Virus record (IMG/VR): IMGVR_UViG_3300020202_000013
Location: 1-51,014 of that record
Strand: one strand, 5' to 3'
Source: a virus
Taxonomy: Duplodnaviria; Caudoviricetes
Length of the DNA stretch: 51,014 nucleotides
In this document: piece by piece, positions 34,274 to 43,627 of the stretch
How positions within the stretch are numbered: the stretch's first letter is position 1
Layout of the letters: each line of letters begins with the position of its first letter
Translations under genes and position numbers: made by a program
The notes under the pieces: model-generated
Database searches by the model: none
The model's input: the letters and a program-made list of their open reading frames with translations, nothing else
What the model was told of the DNA's origin: nothing

Positions 34274-34681
34274 ATGGCTCTGCAGTATTCTGTGGCAATC
34301 AGGAACGCCCGCTTGGATGTCGTCGAGACGACGGTGGGTACCAGCCCGATTCTGAGGATCCGCAGCGGCGCTCCTCCCGCGAGCACGGCTGCCGCTGACA
34401 CTGGCACCGTCTTGGCGACCATCAACCTACCAGCCGACTGGATGTTGGCGGCAGCGAACGGCACCAAGGACAAGTCCGGCACCTGGTCCGATACTTCTGC
34501 GGACGCCGCGGGGACCGCCGGTCACTTCCGCATCTATCGTTCCGACGGCACGACCTGCGACATCCAGGGGACCATTACGGCGACCGGCGGCGGCGGCGAC
34601 ATGACGGTGGACAATACCGTCCTCGCAGCAGGGCAGGAGTTCACCGTCACGGCCTTCGGCCTTACTGCCGGGAACGCTTAG
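34274..34681 (+). CDS. virion structural protein (fibre-cluster base)
   Basis: AAGGA RBS; RNARLD...LRIRSGAPPA...GTAGHFRI family. Confidence 0.75.
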   Translation: MALQYSVAIRNARLDVVETTVGTSPILRIRSGAPPASTAAADTGTVLATINLPADWMLAAANGTKDKSGTWSDTSADAAGTAGHFRIYRSDGTTCDIQGTITATGGGGDMTVDNTVLAAGQEFTVTAFGLTAGNA

Positions 34682-34686
34682 TCCCC

Positions 34687-36117
34687 GTGCCGCTCGACTT
34701 CCGTCACGCAAAGGTTGCGACCACTCCGGACAACCCCGCGGCCGAGATCGGCTCGGGGGAGTGGAATGCGCAACATGTGCTGACTGGCACCGCAAACCGA
34801 CTGCTCGGCTTCGACGGCGGCGGCGCGCTGGCGGAGGTTGATCCAGCAACAGTCGGCGGTGGTGGCGAAGGCTACGTTCCCTCCGGCCTTAACCCGAACG
34901 ATGCTGCTGACAACACGGCGGCTGTCATGGCCGCGGCGGCGCCTGGCCGCAGGCTCTACCTTCCACCCGCAGCCGCCGCCTACCGCTTCACCGATCCGGC
35001 AGGGTTGTCCCTCCCGGCCCTTTGCACCCTGAGCGGCAGTCGCCGGGCGCCGACGATCAACACTCCTGCGGGCGACGCAGGCACCACCATGCTGAACTTC
35101 GTGCCCTCCTCAGGAACTGCCGCAACCTTCATCAAGAACGCTGCCAGCGCGAATGGCTGCGGAGTCGAGGACATAGGGGTCAAGACCAACCGCGCTACTG
35201 ATGTCGCGATCGGCATTAACGGCAGCTACGGCAACTTCGTGCGCCGCGTCAGCTTCTACGGCACGATGCTGATGCCGGTGTTTATGGACAACACCTACGT
35301 CTGCTACATTGATGACATCGTTACTGTCGGCGCAGCCGTGCACAGATATTGCACCTTCATCGGCCCCAACACCAATCAAATGGTTATAAGCCGGCCGCAC
35401 TTCTCCAACCTGCCGCCGAATGCCGCGATCGCGCAGGCTGGAATCGGCATTGCGGGTGGCAGCGGCCATACCATCCTCGCACCCTGTTTGCAGGGACACA
35501 CCTTCGGCATTATTCTCAAGACACCTCAGGGCGTTGATGTCATCAACCCGCGTTCTGAGAACGTGCTCTGCAACATCCGCACTGGGAGCGCAGGCTTCGT
35601 CTCGAACGGAATAAGCCTGCGGCGCGGCACCTACAGCAGGGCTTACACCGACCATCCTCAGTACAGCTCGCGCGGCCCGCTGATCTATGCCGAGGGAGCC
35701 AAAGACCTCGACATCGATCACCCCACATTCCTGAACGTGCGCAGGAATGCGAACGGGACGATTGCGGACGCAGACTGTTTTCCCATCGTGGTCGGCAACA
35801 ACATGCACACCTTCATGCTGCGCGGCGGTTCCTGGGTCGGCTCGCGGGCGCGCGACGAGATTTTCCGTGGCGTTGCAGCGGCTAGCCCTGGCTATCAGAT
35901 CGATGCCTTCTGGGATCACAACGACACCCGCTCTTTTGAGACGATCCGGAAGACACCCGGCAACTACGGCATGATCGGGTACGGCACACAGTTGACCGCC
36001 GCTGGCGCGATCAATCAGGTTTTTTGGCAGCCGGATCACCTTGAAGCTTCGGGCCTCAACAAACCTGTCAGCTCGCTCCTGAACAGCGCCTTTTTCGATC
36101 CCGTCCTGCCCGCCTAA
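34687..36117 (+). CDS. spike/fibre protein with beta-helix (depolymerase-like) domain
   Basis: N-terminal HAKV...EWNAQH anchor motif, DNTAAVMAA..RLYLPP pectate-lyase-like start. Confidence 0.7.
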   Translation: MPLDFRHAKVATTPDNPAAEIGSGEWNAQHVLTGTANRLLGFDGGGALAEVDPATVGGGGEGYVPSGLNPNDAADNTAAVMAAAAPGRRLYLPPAAAAYRFTDPAGLSLPALCTLSGSRRAPTINTPAGDAGTTMLNFVPSSGTAATFIKNAASANGCGVEDIGVKTNRATDVAIGINGSYGNFVRRVSFYGTMLMPVFMDNTYVCYIDDIVTVGAAVHRYCTFIGPNTNQMVISRPHFSNLPPNAAIAQAGIGIAGGSGHTILAPCLQGHTFGIILKTPQGVDVINPRSENVLCNIRTGSAGFVSNGISLRRGTYSRAYTDHPQYSSRGPLIYAEGAKDLDIDHPTFLNVRRNANGTIADADCFPIVVGNNMHTFMLRGGSWVGSRARDEIFRGVAAASPGYQIDAFWDHNDTRSFETIRKTPGNYGMIGYGTQLTAAGAINQVFWQPDHLEASGLNKPVSSLLNSAFFDPVLPA

Positions 36118-36126
36118 GGAAGCACT

Positions 36127-37428
36127 ATGGCTGATCGGTATGTCTGGCACGGCGGTACCGTTGGGGGCTCTGGTGTAGACTGGGCCAATGCACATACGAG
36201 CTTTAGTGACGCCACCGTGGCGGGCGCCGCGGGGGATACCTACTTCGTAGCTCACGACCATTCGGAAACGACGGCCGGCGCTATAGTCCTAACGTTTAAA
36301 GGTAGCGCGGCACTTCCGGATAGGGTGGTATGTGTCAATCGACTAGGTTCGGTGCCCCCCGTGGCTGCGGACGTTACGACCGGCGCGGTGGTCGCAACTA
36401 GCGGGACGTCGAACCTAAATATTGCCGGCAACGTCAGCATCACGGGCGTAACCTTTAACGCGGGCACGGGTACGGGTGCCGTAGTCGTCACGATTGCAGG
36501 CACCGGCTCCAACGTTCTCGCCTTTGAAAATTGTACGTTGCAGATGGTCGCAACCGGCGCCGGCCGTATGAGCTTTGGCACCGGCTCCACGACCTTAGTT
36601 CGCCTCAAAGGCTGTTCGGTGACATTTTCGGCAACTGGTCAGACGCTTCGAGTAGGCGGCGGTGACGTCATCATGGAGGGTGGGAGCATAGCGCCAACGG
36701 GAGCCGTTCCGGCAATTCTATTTGATGCGAATAGCGGCGGCTCCGCGCGGCTAATGGGCGTCGATCTTAGCACTCTTGGTTCGGGTAAAACTTTAAGTGC
36801 GGCAAACACTTCTAAAATTAGCTTTGAGGGATGCCGACTCGGTGCGGGTGTTACGGTAGCGGCGGCGCCTACCAATTCTCGCGGCGGGCATATGGTGCAG
36901 GGGAGCGATTCCGGCGCAGCGCAGCACCGCAACGAAAAGTATCTCTACCAAGGGACCCTGACCACAGAAACGGTTATCTTCCGGACCGGTGGGGCCTCCG
37001 ACGGCACAACGCCGTTTTCTTGGCGTATCGCGCCAACGGCAAATAACGAGGTCGACTATCCGTTCGAGACTTTCGAGGGCGCGATCTGGAATGAGCAGAT
37101 CGGCTCCGCTCGCACTCTTACGGTGCACACCGTTACTGACAATATCACGCTTACGAACGCAGAGTGCTGGCTTGAGGCTGATTTTCTAGGCACCGCTGGA
37201 TCTACCCGTACGACCCATGTTTCCGATGGACTTGCCACTCCGCGGAGCGCAGCGGCGAACCAACCGGCTAGCGCGGAAGTGTGGACGACGACCGGTCTTG
37301 CGGCGCCCGTGCGGCAGCGGCTCGACGTGACATTCACCCCGCAAGTGAAGGGACTGGTTCGGTGGCGGGTTTGCTATGCTCGCACCGCAGGCATCGTTTA
37401 TGTCGATCCGCAAGCTGATCTAACCTAA
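36127..37428 (+). CDS. Gly/Thr-rich virion structural protein
   Basis: RYVWHGGTVGGSGVDWANA...VYVDP; atypical A/T-ending codons. Confidence 0.7.
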   Translation: MADRYVWHGGTVGGSGVDWANAHTSFSDATVAGAAGDTYFVAHDHSETTAGAIVLTFKGSAALPDRVVCVNRLGSVPPVAADVTTGAVVATSGTSNLNIAGNVSITGVTFNAGTGTGAVVVTIAGTGSNVLAFENCTLQMVATGAGRMSFGTGSTTLVRLKGCSVTFSATGQTLRVGGGDVIMEGGSIAPTGAVPAILFDANSGGSARLMGVDLSTLGSGKTLSAANTSKISFEGCRLGAGVTVAAAPTNSRGGHMVQGSDSGAAQHRNEKYLYQGTLTTETVIFRTGGASDGTTPFSWRIAPTANNEVDYPFETFEGAIWNEQIGSARTLTVHTVTDNITLTNAECWLEADFLGTAGSTRTTHVSDGLATPRSAAANQPASAEVWTTTGLAAPVRQRLDVTFTPQVKGLVRWRVCYARTAGIVYVDPQADLT

Positions 37429-37429
37429 C

Positions 37430-38539
37430 ATGAGCCGGCAATTCCTTACTGCCGGCGGCCTAGTCAGCGCGTCGGCTGATAGGGAATATGTTTTCGGCGG
37501 CGTCCTGGTCGACGAAACCGAAACCGGCTCGGCGCCTGCGGTCGTTAGCGGTGCGGTATCCGCTATCGAGGCGGCCGATACCTCCACAGCGTCGGCGCGC
37601 GTTCGTGCACGGGGCGCGACGTCGACAGTCGAGGCCGCGGACGTTTCGACTGCAACGGCGAGGGCGAGAGCGCGAAGCTCGGCCGGCATCCTGGAGGCCG
37701 CCGACACCTCAACGGCGACGGCGAGGGCTCGGGCTCAAGCCATCTCGGCAGCGATCGAGCAGCCTGACGTTTCCATCGCGACGGCGACAGGCGCGCCGGG
37801 GGTAACGCGGGTCTTCGATCCGACGGCCTTCGACCCAGCGGTCTTCGACACTGGTCCACCCCCCGCAGTAACCGCGAATTTCTCGCTGTCGGAGGCGCCG
37901 GACCTCTCGATCGCAGCCGCACGCGCTCTAGCACGGGCCGCCTTCGCCGTCGTCGAGCAGGGCGACGTCTCGATCTCGACGGCACGTGCTCTGGCAAGGG
38001 CGACCTCGAGCGCGAGCGAGCAGGGTGATGTCTCCTTGGGCACGGGCCGGGTTCGCGTACGCGCGACGACCTCGATCCTTGAGCAGGGCGACATTTCAGT
38101 CGCAACCGGCAGGACTGTTTTCGGCACGGTCGCGCTCATAATCGAGCAGCCGGACACAGCAACGGCGACGGCCCGCGCTCGTGCTCGCGCGGCGACAAGC
38201 GTTGCTGAGGCCGGGGACACGGCGGCGGCTATCGGCCGGCTTCGCGTTCGGGCGACGACGACGATCGCCGAGCAGGGGGATACGGCGACAGCTCGGGCTG
38301 CATCGGGAAACGAGGGTCGCGCGCTCATTCTAGAGCAGGACGACACCTCAACTTCAGCGGGGCGAGCACGCATCCGAGCGTTGTTTTCGCGCAGCGACGG
38401 GGACGACATTCTCATAGCAACGGCACGGATCTGGCTTCCCGCCGTAACCCGGCCCGACGAGGAGGTGATAATCAGCCTCACTGGTTCGAACGAGGTCATT
38501 CTGGTGCTGAGCGGCTCCGACACTGTCGTGATATTCTGA
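37430..38539 (+). CDS. repeat-rich fibre-like protein (about 13 x 21-aa E-x-x-D repeats)
   Basis: EAADTSTA.ARARA and EQGD repeats at 21-aa period. Confidence 0.75.
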   Translation: MSRQFLTAGGLVSASADREYVFGGVLVDETETGSAPAVVSGAVSAIEAADTSTASARVRARGATSTVEAADVSTATARARARSSAGILEAADTSTATARARAQAISAAIEQPDVSIATATGAPGVTRVFDPTAFDPAVFDTGPPPAVTANFSLSEAPDLSIAAARALARAAFAVVEQGDVSISTARALARATSSASEQGDVSLGTGRVRVRATTSILEQGDISVATGRTVFGTVALIIEQPDTATATARARARAATSVAEAGDTAAAIGRLRVRATTTIAEQGDTATARAASGNEGRALILEQDDTSTSAGRARIRALFSRSDGDDILIATARIWLPAVTRPDEEVIISLTGSNEVILVLSGSDTVVIF

Positions 38540-38548
38540 GGCACCCCC

Positions 38549-38941
38549 GTGGCGATCCCCCCGGCAGCCCATCGTATCACCCGCGTGATGGATCCGACAG
38601 ATCGGCAGCTGCGTCGTATCACGATCAGCGGACCCGGAACGAGGCTTCCCAGCGGCGCGACTGCCATCCTCAAGAACAACGAAGAGATGGTCGACCCGGA
38701 GTTGGTTGTGCTCGCCGAAGCGGCCGCTTACGGCCTTAGGATCGTCGTGGATCCGGAATACGCCCCAGAATTCGGCGAGGATTTTGTTGAGTTTTGGCTT
38801 GAGATCGCCCCGGAACGCCGCGCCGACTCAGCGTTTCAAGGCGCGGGCGTCGAGCTGCCAATGGAGCTTACGTTCACGACGAACGCCGTTCCGCCACCCC
38901 GCTACCAGCAGACGATCACCCAGAGGGTCGCGCACCAATGA
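38549..38941 (+). CDS. virion structural/fibre adaptor protein
   Basis: GAGG RBS; MDPTD motif; in structural operon. Confidence 0.65.
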   Translation: MAIPPAAHRITRVMDPTDRQLRRITISGPGTRLPSGATAILKNNEEMVDPELVVLAEAAAYGLRIVVDPEYAPEFGEDFVEFWLEIAPERRADSAFQGAGVELPMELTFTTNAVPPPRYQQTITQRVAHQ

Positions 38942-39192
38942 AGCTGACCATCAACAACGGCAAAAGCGTGGATGTTCGGCTCTCCGACTTCTCCGGACGA
39001 GCAGGGTTCGTCGACAAAGGCGAGACCGCCGAGCTTGCGTACAAGCCGGTCAAGCCGATCGGCGGCCCCGGGGTTGGCGCTACCATCGAGGTGGACGGCC
39101 GGAAGTGGACCGTCACCGCTGTCGCGACCAGCGTCCATGCGGCCGGCCTTCGGGTGCTGACGCTGAAGTCTATCCAGGAGAGCCAATCATGA
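38938..39192 (+). CDS. hypothetical protein
   Basis: ATGA-coupled. Confidence 0.6.
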   Translation: MKLTINNGKSVDVRLSDFSGRAGFVDKGETAELAYKPVKPIGGPGVGATIEVDGRKWTVTAVATSVHAAGLRVLTLKSIQESQS

Positions 39193-39401
39193 AGAGCAGG
39201 GTCGCAAAGGTTTTCGTCCAGCAGAAGCACGTCCTGACGCGGGACGAGAGGGGCGCGCCTACGGCTTACAACGTTGGCCTGCAGGCCGCCGAGGATGGCG
39301 ACTTATTGAAAAAGGGGGCCATGTTCATGCTCCCCCTGTCCGACATCACCGGACTCGACGACAGCAAGGTCTACGAGATCGAGATTAGGCTGGCGAAATA
39401 G
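39189..39401 (+). CDS. hypothetical protein (70 aa, MKSRVAKVFV...)
   Basis: AGGAG RBS, ATGA-coupled. Confidence 0.6.
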   Translation: MKSRVAKVFVQQKHVLTRDERGAPTAYNVGLQAAEDGDLLKKGAMFMLPLSDITGLDDSKVYEIEIRLAK

Positions 39402-39403
39402 TC

Positions 39404-39823
39404 ATGGCCACCGCGACTGAGCTTAAGACGATCTTCCCGGTGTTTGCAGCAGTGGAGGACGCCACGGCCGAATACTGGCTGACCCGGGCCGCGCGCGTGG
39501 TCGATGCTGAGTGGCCCGAGGATGATCGCGATCACGCCCAGATGATCCTCACGGCGCACCTCCTGACGCTGCAGGGCCTCGGGACGGGCGCGGAGGCCCA
39601 AGCAGCGGCTGCGGGCGCGTCGGGCTTCAAGACCATGCGCTCAGGCGCGCTGACGCTGGAGCGGTTCGGGGAGAGCGGGGAGGGCGGCTATGACGCCACC
39701 AGCTACGGGAAGCAGTTCAAGGCCCTGCTGAGGCTGATCAAGGGCGGGCCGCGGGTCACCGGCACCGGCTATGTTGACGGGCTCTCCGGCGGCTATCGCG
39801 ACCGGCCAATTCCCGGATGGTAG
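39404..39823 (+). CDS. head-tail adaptor (DUF4054)
   Basis: FPVFAAV.D, LTAHLL, TSYGKQF. Confidence 0.85.
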   Translation: MATATELKTIFPVFAAVEDATAEYWLTRAARVVDAEWPEDDRDHAQMILTAHLLTLQGLGTGAEAQAAAAGASGFKTMRSGALTLERFGESGEGGYDATSYGKQFKALLRLIKGGPRVTGTGYVDGLSGGYRDRPIPGW

Positions 39824-40164
39824 ACCTCTCTGGCGTCTTCGGCGCTGCCTTTGCCGGCGTTTATGACGATGCGGTGTTGCATCGGCCTGGGAAGATCCAG
39901 GATACCGCCGGCACCATCACACGAGGCCAGCCTTCGGAACATCCCTGCAAGGCGCAGGTCGATGCCGCGACCCAGGCGATGCGCGGCGCGGATGGGTTCG
40001 TGGAGACCGATGTCCGGATCCTGGTGCTGGCTTCCACGGTGGGGGTCGCGCCCAGCACGGACGACGAGATCGTAACCGGCGGGAGGCGCTGGAAGATCGC
40101 CAGCGTCTCGCAGGATCCGGCGCGCACCCATTGGGAGATGCGCGGGCGGCGGACGAATGGCTAA
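39817..40164 (+). CDS. head closure/head-tail joining protein
   Basis: DEIVTGGRRWKI..V.QDPA..HWEMRGR. Confidence 0.75.
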   Translation: MVDLSGVFGAAFAGVYDDAVLHRPGKIQDTAGTITRGQPSEHPCKAQVDAATQAMRGADGFVETDVRILVLASTVGVAPSTDDEIVTGGRRWKIASVSQDPARTHWEMRGRRTNG

Positions 40165-40579
40165 GATCACGGGCGCCAAAGAGCATGCGGCTCGGCTGCG
40201 TAGAATGGGCGGCCCGGAGATGGTGCGCCAGGTGGGATCGGCGCTCTTTGCCGGCGGCCAATCCATTCAGGTCGAGGCTCAGCTCAGCATCACCCGTGGG
40301 GCAGTTTCCGGAAAGAACCATGTCCCTTCCGCGCCCGGCGAGCCTCCTAACGCCGACACGCACTTCCTCGCGAACAATATCGAGACCACGCTGACGGGCC
40401 CGCTGACGGTAGAGGTGAGCAGCAACGCCCCTTACTCGGCGGACCTCGAGCTTGGCACGTCCAAGATGATCGAGCGCCCCTTCATGCGCCCCGCCACCCA
40501 GAAGAAGCGGCCTGGGGTCGTTCAAGGGGTCCGCGCCGCGGTGAAGAAGGTGGCCGGGGGCGGCAACGTCGTGCCGTAA
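40157..40579 (+). CDS. HK97 gp10-like tail completion protein
   Basis: SAPGEPPN.DT, APYS..LELGTSKM.ERPFMRPA. Confidence 0.88.
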   Translation: MAKITGAKEHAARLRRMGGPEMVRQVGSALFAGGQSIQVEAQLSITRGAVSGKNHVPSAPGEPPNADTHFLANNIETTLTGPLTVEVSSNAPYSADLELGTSKMIERPFMRPATQKKRPGVVQGVRAAVKKVAGGGNVVP

Positions 40580-40631
40580 AGGCGCCGCTGCTGATGCGGT
40601 AGAACGGCGCTGAGAAGCAAGGAGCGCCGCA

Positions 40632-41003
40632 ATGGCTCAATGGGTTCAGTTCACCCGCGACTATGATCACCGCTGGCCCTCGCGCGCCGTGACCGCCTTC
40701 AAGAAGGACCAGAAGGTATATGTGAAGGACGAAGTCGCGGACCGCGCATTCTCCCGAGGAGCGGCCAAGGCGACCGACAAGCCCGCCGATAGCGATCCGG
40801 ATCACGTCACCACGCGCGACCCGATGGAAAGCGAAGGCAGAACCGCGTATGCTCGCGCCGATGAGCCGCCGGCCACGCCTTCCGACACCGGACCAGCTGA
40901 CAGCGTGGCTCAACGAGACGATGCTGACGATGTGGGGGCCATCGTTCGAGTTTCGGGGGATGATGCCGCCGGCAAATCAAAACGAGCCCGGGATCGTAGC
41001 TAG
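40632..41003 (+). CDS. hypothetical structural-module protein
   Basis: AAGGAG RBS; preceded by GCCGTAA-N20-TAGAAC at 40573-40605. Confidence 0.65.
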   Translation: MAQWVQFTRDYDHRWPSRAVTAFKKDQKVYVKDEVADRAFSRGAAKATDKPADSDPDHVTTRDPMESEGRTAYARADEPPATPSDTGPADSVAQRDDADDVGAIVRVSGDDAAGKSKRARDRS

Positions 41004-41422
41004 TGGCGAGGGACAGCTCGCTGCCGCTCCGGGTGGCGATACTGACTTACCTGAGGGCTGACGGGGCGCGGACTGGTCCTGCTCCCTCTGAGCGGGTGTA
41101 CGGCCTGGCTACGCCTCCGGACCCCATCAAGCCCTTCACCCGCTACGGCACTCCCACCGTGCTTCCCGACCGCGCCTCCTGCGTCGATGGCAGCCGGATC
41201 TTGGTGACGCTCCACGCCTTCTCCGACGCCGACAGCGAGGACGAAGCTTCCGAGATCGCAGCAGCTATGGCGAGCGCGCTGGACGGTGCCACGCTGACCC
41301 TCGCAGCGGATTACGAAGCCAAGGCGCGGATTGCCTGGACTGGCGGCCAGATCCTGCCCGATCCGGAGGAAGCAAGCTCCTGGCATGCTGTCGTGAACTT
41401 CGAGGCGACGGTCACGAGCTAG
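41003..41422 (+). CDS. tail terminator (DUF3168)
   Basis: RVYG...PFTRYG...LHAFS...WHAVVNF. Confidence 0.82.
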   Translation: MARDSSLPLRVAILTYLRADGARTGPAPSERVYGLATPPDPIKPFTRYGTPTVLPDRASCVDGSRILVTLHAFSDADSEDEASEIAAAMASALDGATLTLAADYEAKARIAWTGGQILPDPEEASSWHAVVNFEATVTS

Positions 41423-42344
41423 GTGGCGCGACGGCCTGCCCTATGGTTGCGCCGATCCGGTGCCTCAACTTGTTCCTCAGATCCTCCGGGTCGTCCCATA
41501 CGATATGATTGAACTGCCGCGTATCAAAATGCACGCGCTCGAGGTCTGACGACCTGACACACCAAATCACGGGTATGCCCAGTCCCAAGGCGAAACCGGC
41601 TTCGAAGTAGACGCCTCCACGAGCGCCGGTATCGCCGCAGCTGAAGTCGGCAACGACGAACCTAGCGCGTCGTATCTCGCTGATGATCTCATCATCGATC
41701 TTGTTGTTGTGTTCTCGATCATCGATGCGAACAGCCGTATATCCGTTTTCTTCGATCGCCGGACGGATACCGTCGGTGTACGCTGGCGACATCTCGCTCG
41801 AAAACCACATCGCGACAAAGCCGCTGGTGGACTCTGCATTCGGACGTTCCAGGTCTTCCACGTAGAAGAAAGCACGAAGGTTGACGGAAACTCGAGTGCC
41901 ACTCGTACTGAATTCCAGGTCCAGAAGCTTCTCCTGGGCGGCGTGATGAAGCAGTGTTCGCAGCTCCGCGACGCTTGAGACACCGGTTAATCGCATGAGC
42001 CCGTGTGGCTCTTCGGCTTCGGATATGAACAAGCGCGAATGGTGAGAGGAGGCAGACCGTACGAGAGTGCGAAGCAGCCGATCGAATTTCTGCTTCATCG
42101 GGACTGGTGGCTGCCGCAATATCTGTTTGATATTCCACGTCATCAACTCGACAGGATCTTCCCCAGCGTTGTCGAGGATATAGCGAGTGAGCGCGGTCCG
42201 GTGTTTGGTGAGTAGATCGGGCATGGCCGACAGCAAGCTTCCGCTTACAAAATAGCGCTCATTGCCTCCGAGCCGGGCCTCGAGACCGTCCCGGCTTGAG
42301 GGCACAATGACGTCATCGGGCCAAAGTAGCTTCTTTGCTGGCAT
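41412..42344 (-). CDS. nucleoside 2-deoxyribosyltransferase/TIR-like domain protein (moron, candidate defence effector)
   Basis: GFVAMWF...IRPAIE..GY.AVRID...IDDEIISEIRRARFVVADF...RGGVYFEAGFALGLGIPVI...HFDTRQFNHI. Confidence 0.8.
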   Translation of the reverse strand: MPAKKLLWPDDVIVPSSRDGLEARLGGNERYFVSGSLLSAMPDLLTKHRTALTRYILDNAGEDPVELMTWNIKQILRQPPVPMKQKFDRLLRTLVRSASSHHSRLFISEAEEPHGLMRLTGVSSVAELRTLLHHAAQEKLLDLEFSTSGTRVSVNLRAFFYVEDLERPNAESTSGFVAMWFSSEMSPAYTDGIRPAIEENGYTAVRIDDREHNNKIDDEIISEIRRARFVVADFSCGDTGARGGVYFEAGFALGLGIPVIWCVRSSDLERVHFDTRQFNHIVWDDPEDLRNKLRHRIGATIGQAVAPPSS

Positions 42345-42428
42345 TTTCCCTCACTTAGTCCTGAAAGAGATGATCGCCCAAGCTGCGAGGCGAGGCACCT
42401 TGCCTGCGCCCGTATCAAGGTCTCAGCC

Positions 42429-42461
42429 GCCGTAAACCCGTCTGCACCACTTCCATATGCT
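42429..42461 (+). promoter_or_regulatory. late promoter GCCGTAA-N20-TATGCT upstream of tail tube gene
   Basis: Motif family, directly after an antisense moron. Confidence 0.7.
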
Positions 42462-42490
42462 CCGACCGAACCAATCTGGAGCGAAGTTCG

Positions 42491-42946
42491 ATGGCTCTTC
42501 CTGCGATCATGCGCGGCTCGTACATCAACATCATGATCGGCGATGGCGCGTCGACGGAGGTGTTCTCCATCGTCTGCGGCCTGACCACCCGGACCTTCAC
42601 CGAGCAGATCAACACCTCCGACAGCTTTATTGCCGACTGCGCCGATCCCGAGGACGTGCCGATCCGTCGCCTGATCCCGACGGGGCGCCAGTGGAGCCTT
42701 TCCGGAGAGGGAAGGTATAACCGCGCTCAGGCTGCGCTTCTTCGGGGCGCCATGGGCGTGACCAGAAACTACCGGTTCGATGTCGCTGAGCCTGCGGACG
42801 ATGAGGTCGACGCCGGCTACTATGCCGGCCCGTTCATCCTGGTGAACCGACAGATCGGCGGCACAGCTGGCGAAAGCGGCGAGTTCTCTTCCTCATCGCT
42901 GCAATTTGAGAGCGACGGCGAAGTTGTCTGGGTGCCTGCGGCCTGA
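42491..42946 (+). CDS. major tail tube protein (GTA gp9-like)
   Basis: IGDGASTEVF..VCGLTTR, DCADP, FESDGEV. Confidence 0.88.
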   Translation: MALPAIMRGSYINIMIGDGASTEVFSIVCGLTTRTFTEQINTSDSFIADCADPEDVPIRRLIPTGRQWSLSGEGRYNRAQAALLRGAMGVTRNYRFDVAEPADDEVDAGYYAGPFILVNRQIGGTAGESGEFSSSSLQFESDGEVVWVPAA

Positions 42947-42959
42947 TCGGAGGTGACGG

Positions 42960-43439
42960 GTGCAGACGTGGGTAGCGCTTCCCTTCGCTGACGGTGTCTA
43001 CGAGTTTCGCCTTGGCCTAGCTCAGATCGACGAGCTTCAGAATAAGACCGGCATCGGGATCGGCGGGCTCTACGCCCGCGTGATTAAGGGCCGATATCTC
43101 CTCGACGGGGCCAGTTTCGGACATCCCGAGCAGGGCGACTATCGCCGGACCGACATCATGGAGCCCATCCGGCAGGCACTGATTGGCGGTGGCAAGGGTG
43201 TCGTTGACGGTGAAGAGGTCAAAGTTTCAGCCCATCGCGTCAATCAACTCCTGGAGGCGTATTGCTTCCCGAACCGTCCCTTGAAGGACGATTGGGCGCT
43301 GACAACCGAGATCCTAATGGCCACGATCGAGGGCTATGATCCGCCGAAGCCGGACCCCGTTCAGGTTAAAAAAAAAGAGCCGGTGAAAAGGCGGAAGGCT
43401 GGCTCGACTACGCCGGAGCCCTCACCGACCTCGCCATGA
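42960..43439 (+). CDS. tail assembly chaperone G (GTA gp10-like)
   Basis: FADGVYEFRLGL.QI.ELQ, IRQALIGGG; between tube and tape measure genes. Confidence 0.85.
   Translation: MQTWVALPFADGVYEFRLGLAQIDELQNKTGIGIGGLYARVIKGRYLLDGASFGHPEQGDYRRTDIMEPIRQALIGGGKGVVDGEEVKVSAHRVNQLLEAYCFPNRPLKDDWALTTEILMATIEGYDPPKPDPVQVKKKEPVKRRKAGSTTPEPSPTSP
43366..43377 (+). other. programmed -1 frameshift slippery site (A9-G run)
   Basis: GTT AAA AAA AAA GAG; -1 frame open to TGA at 43627. Confidence 0.8.
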
Positions 43440-43627
43440 TGGGTGTCGGCGCCGACGAGGCGCGGCGGATGTCCTATTGGGAATATCAGGCCCGGCTTTG
43501 GAACTGGAACGAGCGCCACAAGAGCGATGATGGCGAGGGCGATCCCGTCGAGGCGCCGGACATCGATTACATGCTCCACCGCCAGCAGATGCTCGAAGCG
43601 CGCGGCATCGCGAAAATGGTGCACTGA
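43370..43627 (+). CDS. tail chaperone T segment of the G-T frameshift product
   Basis: -1 frame: RAGEKAEGWLDYAGALTDLAMMGVGADEARRMSYWEYQA... Confidence 0.75.
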   Translation, partial: KKRAGEKAEGWLDYAGALTDLAMMGVGADEARRMSYWEYQARLWNWNERHKSDDGEGDPVEAPDIDYMLHRQQMLEARGIAKMVH

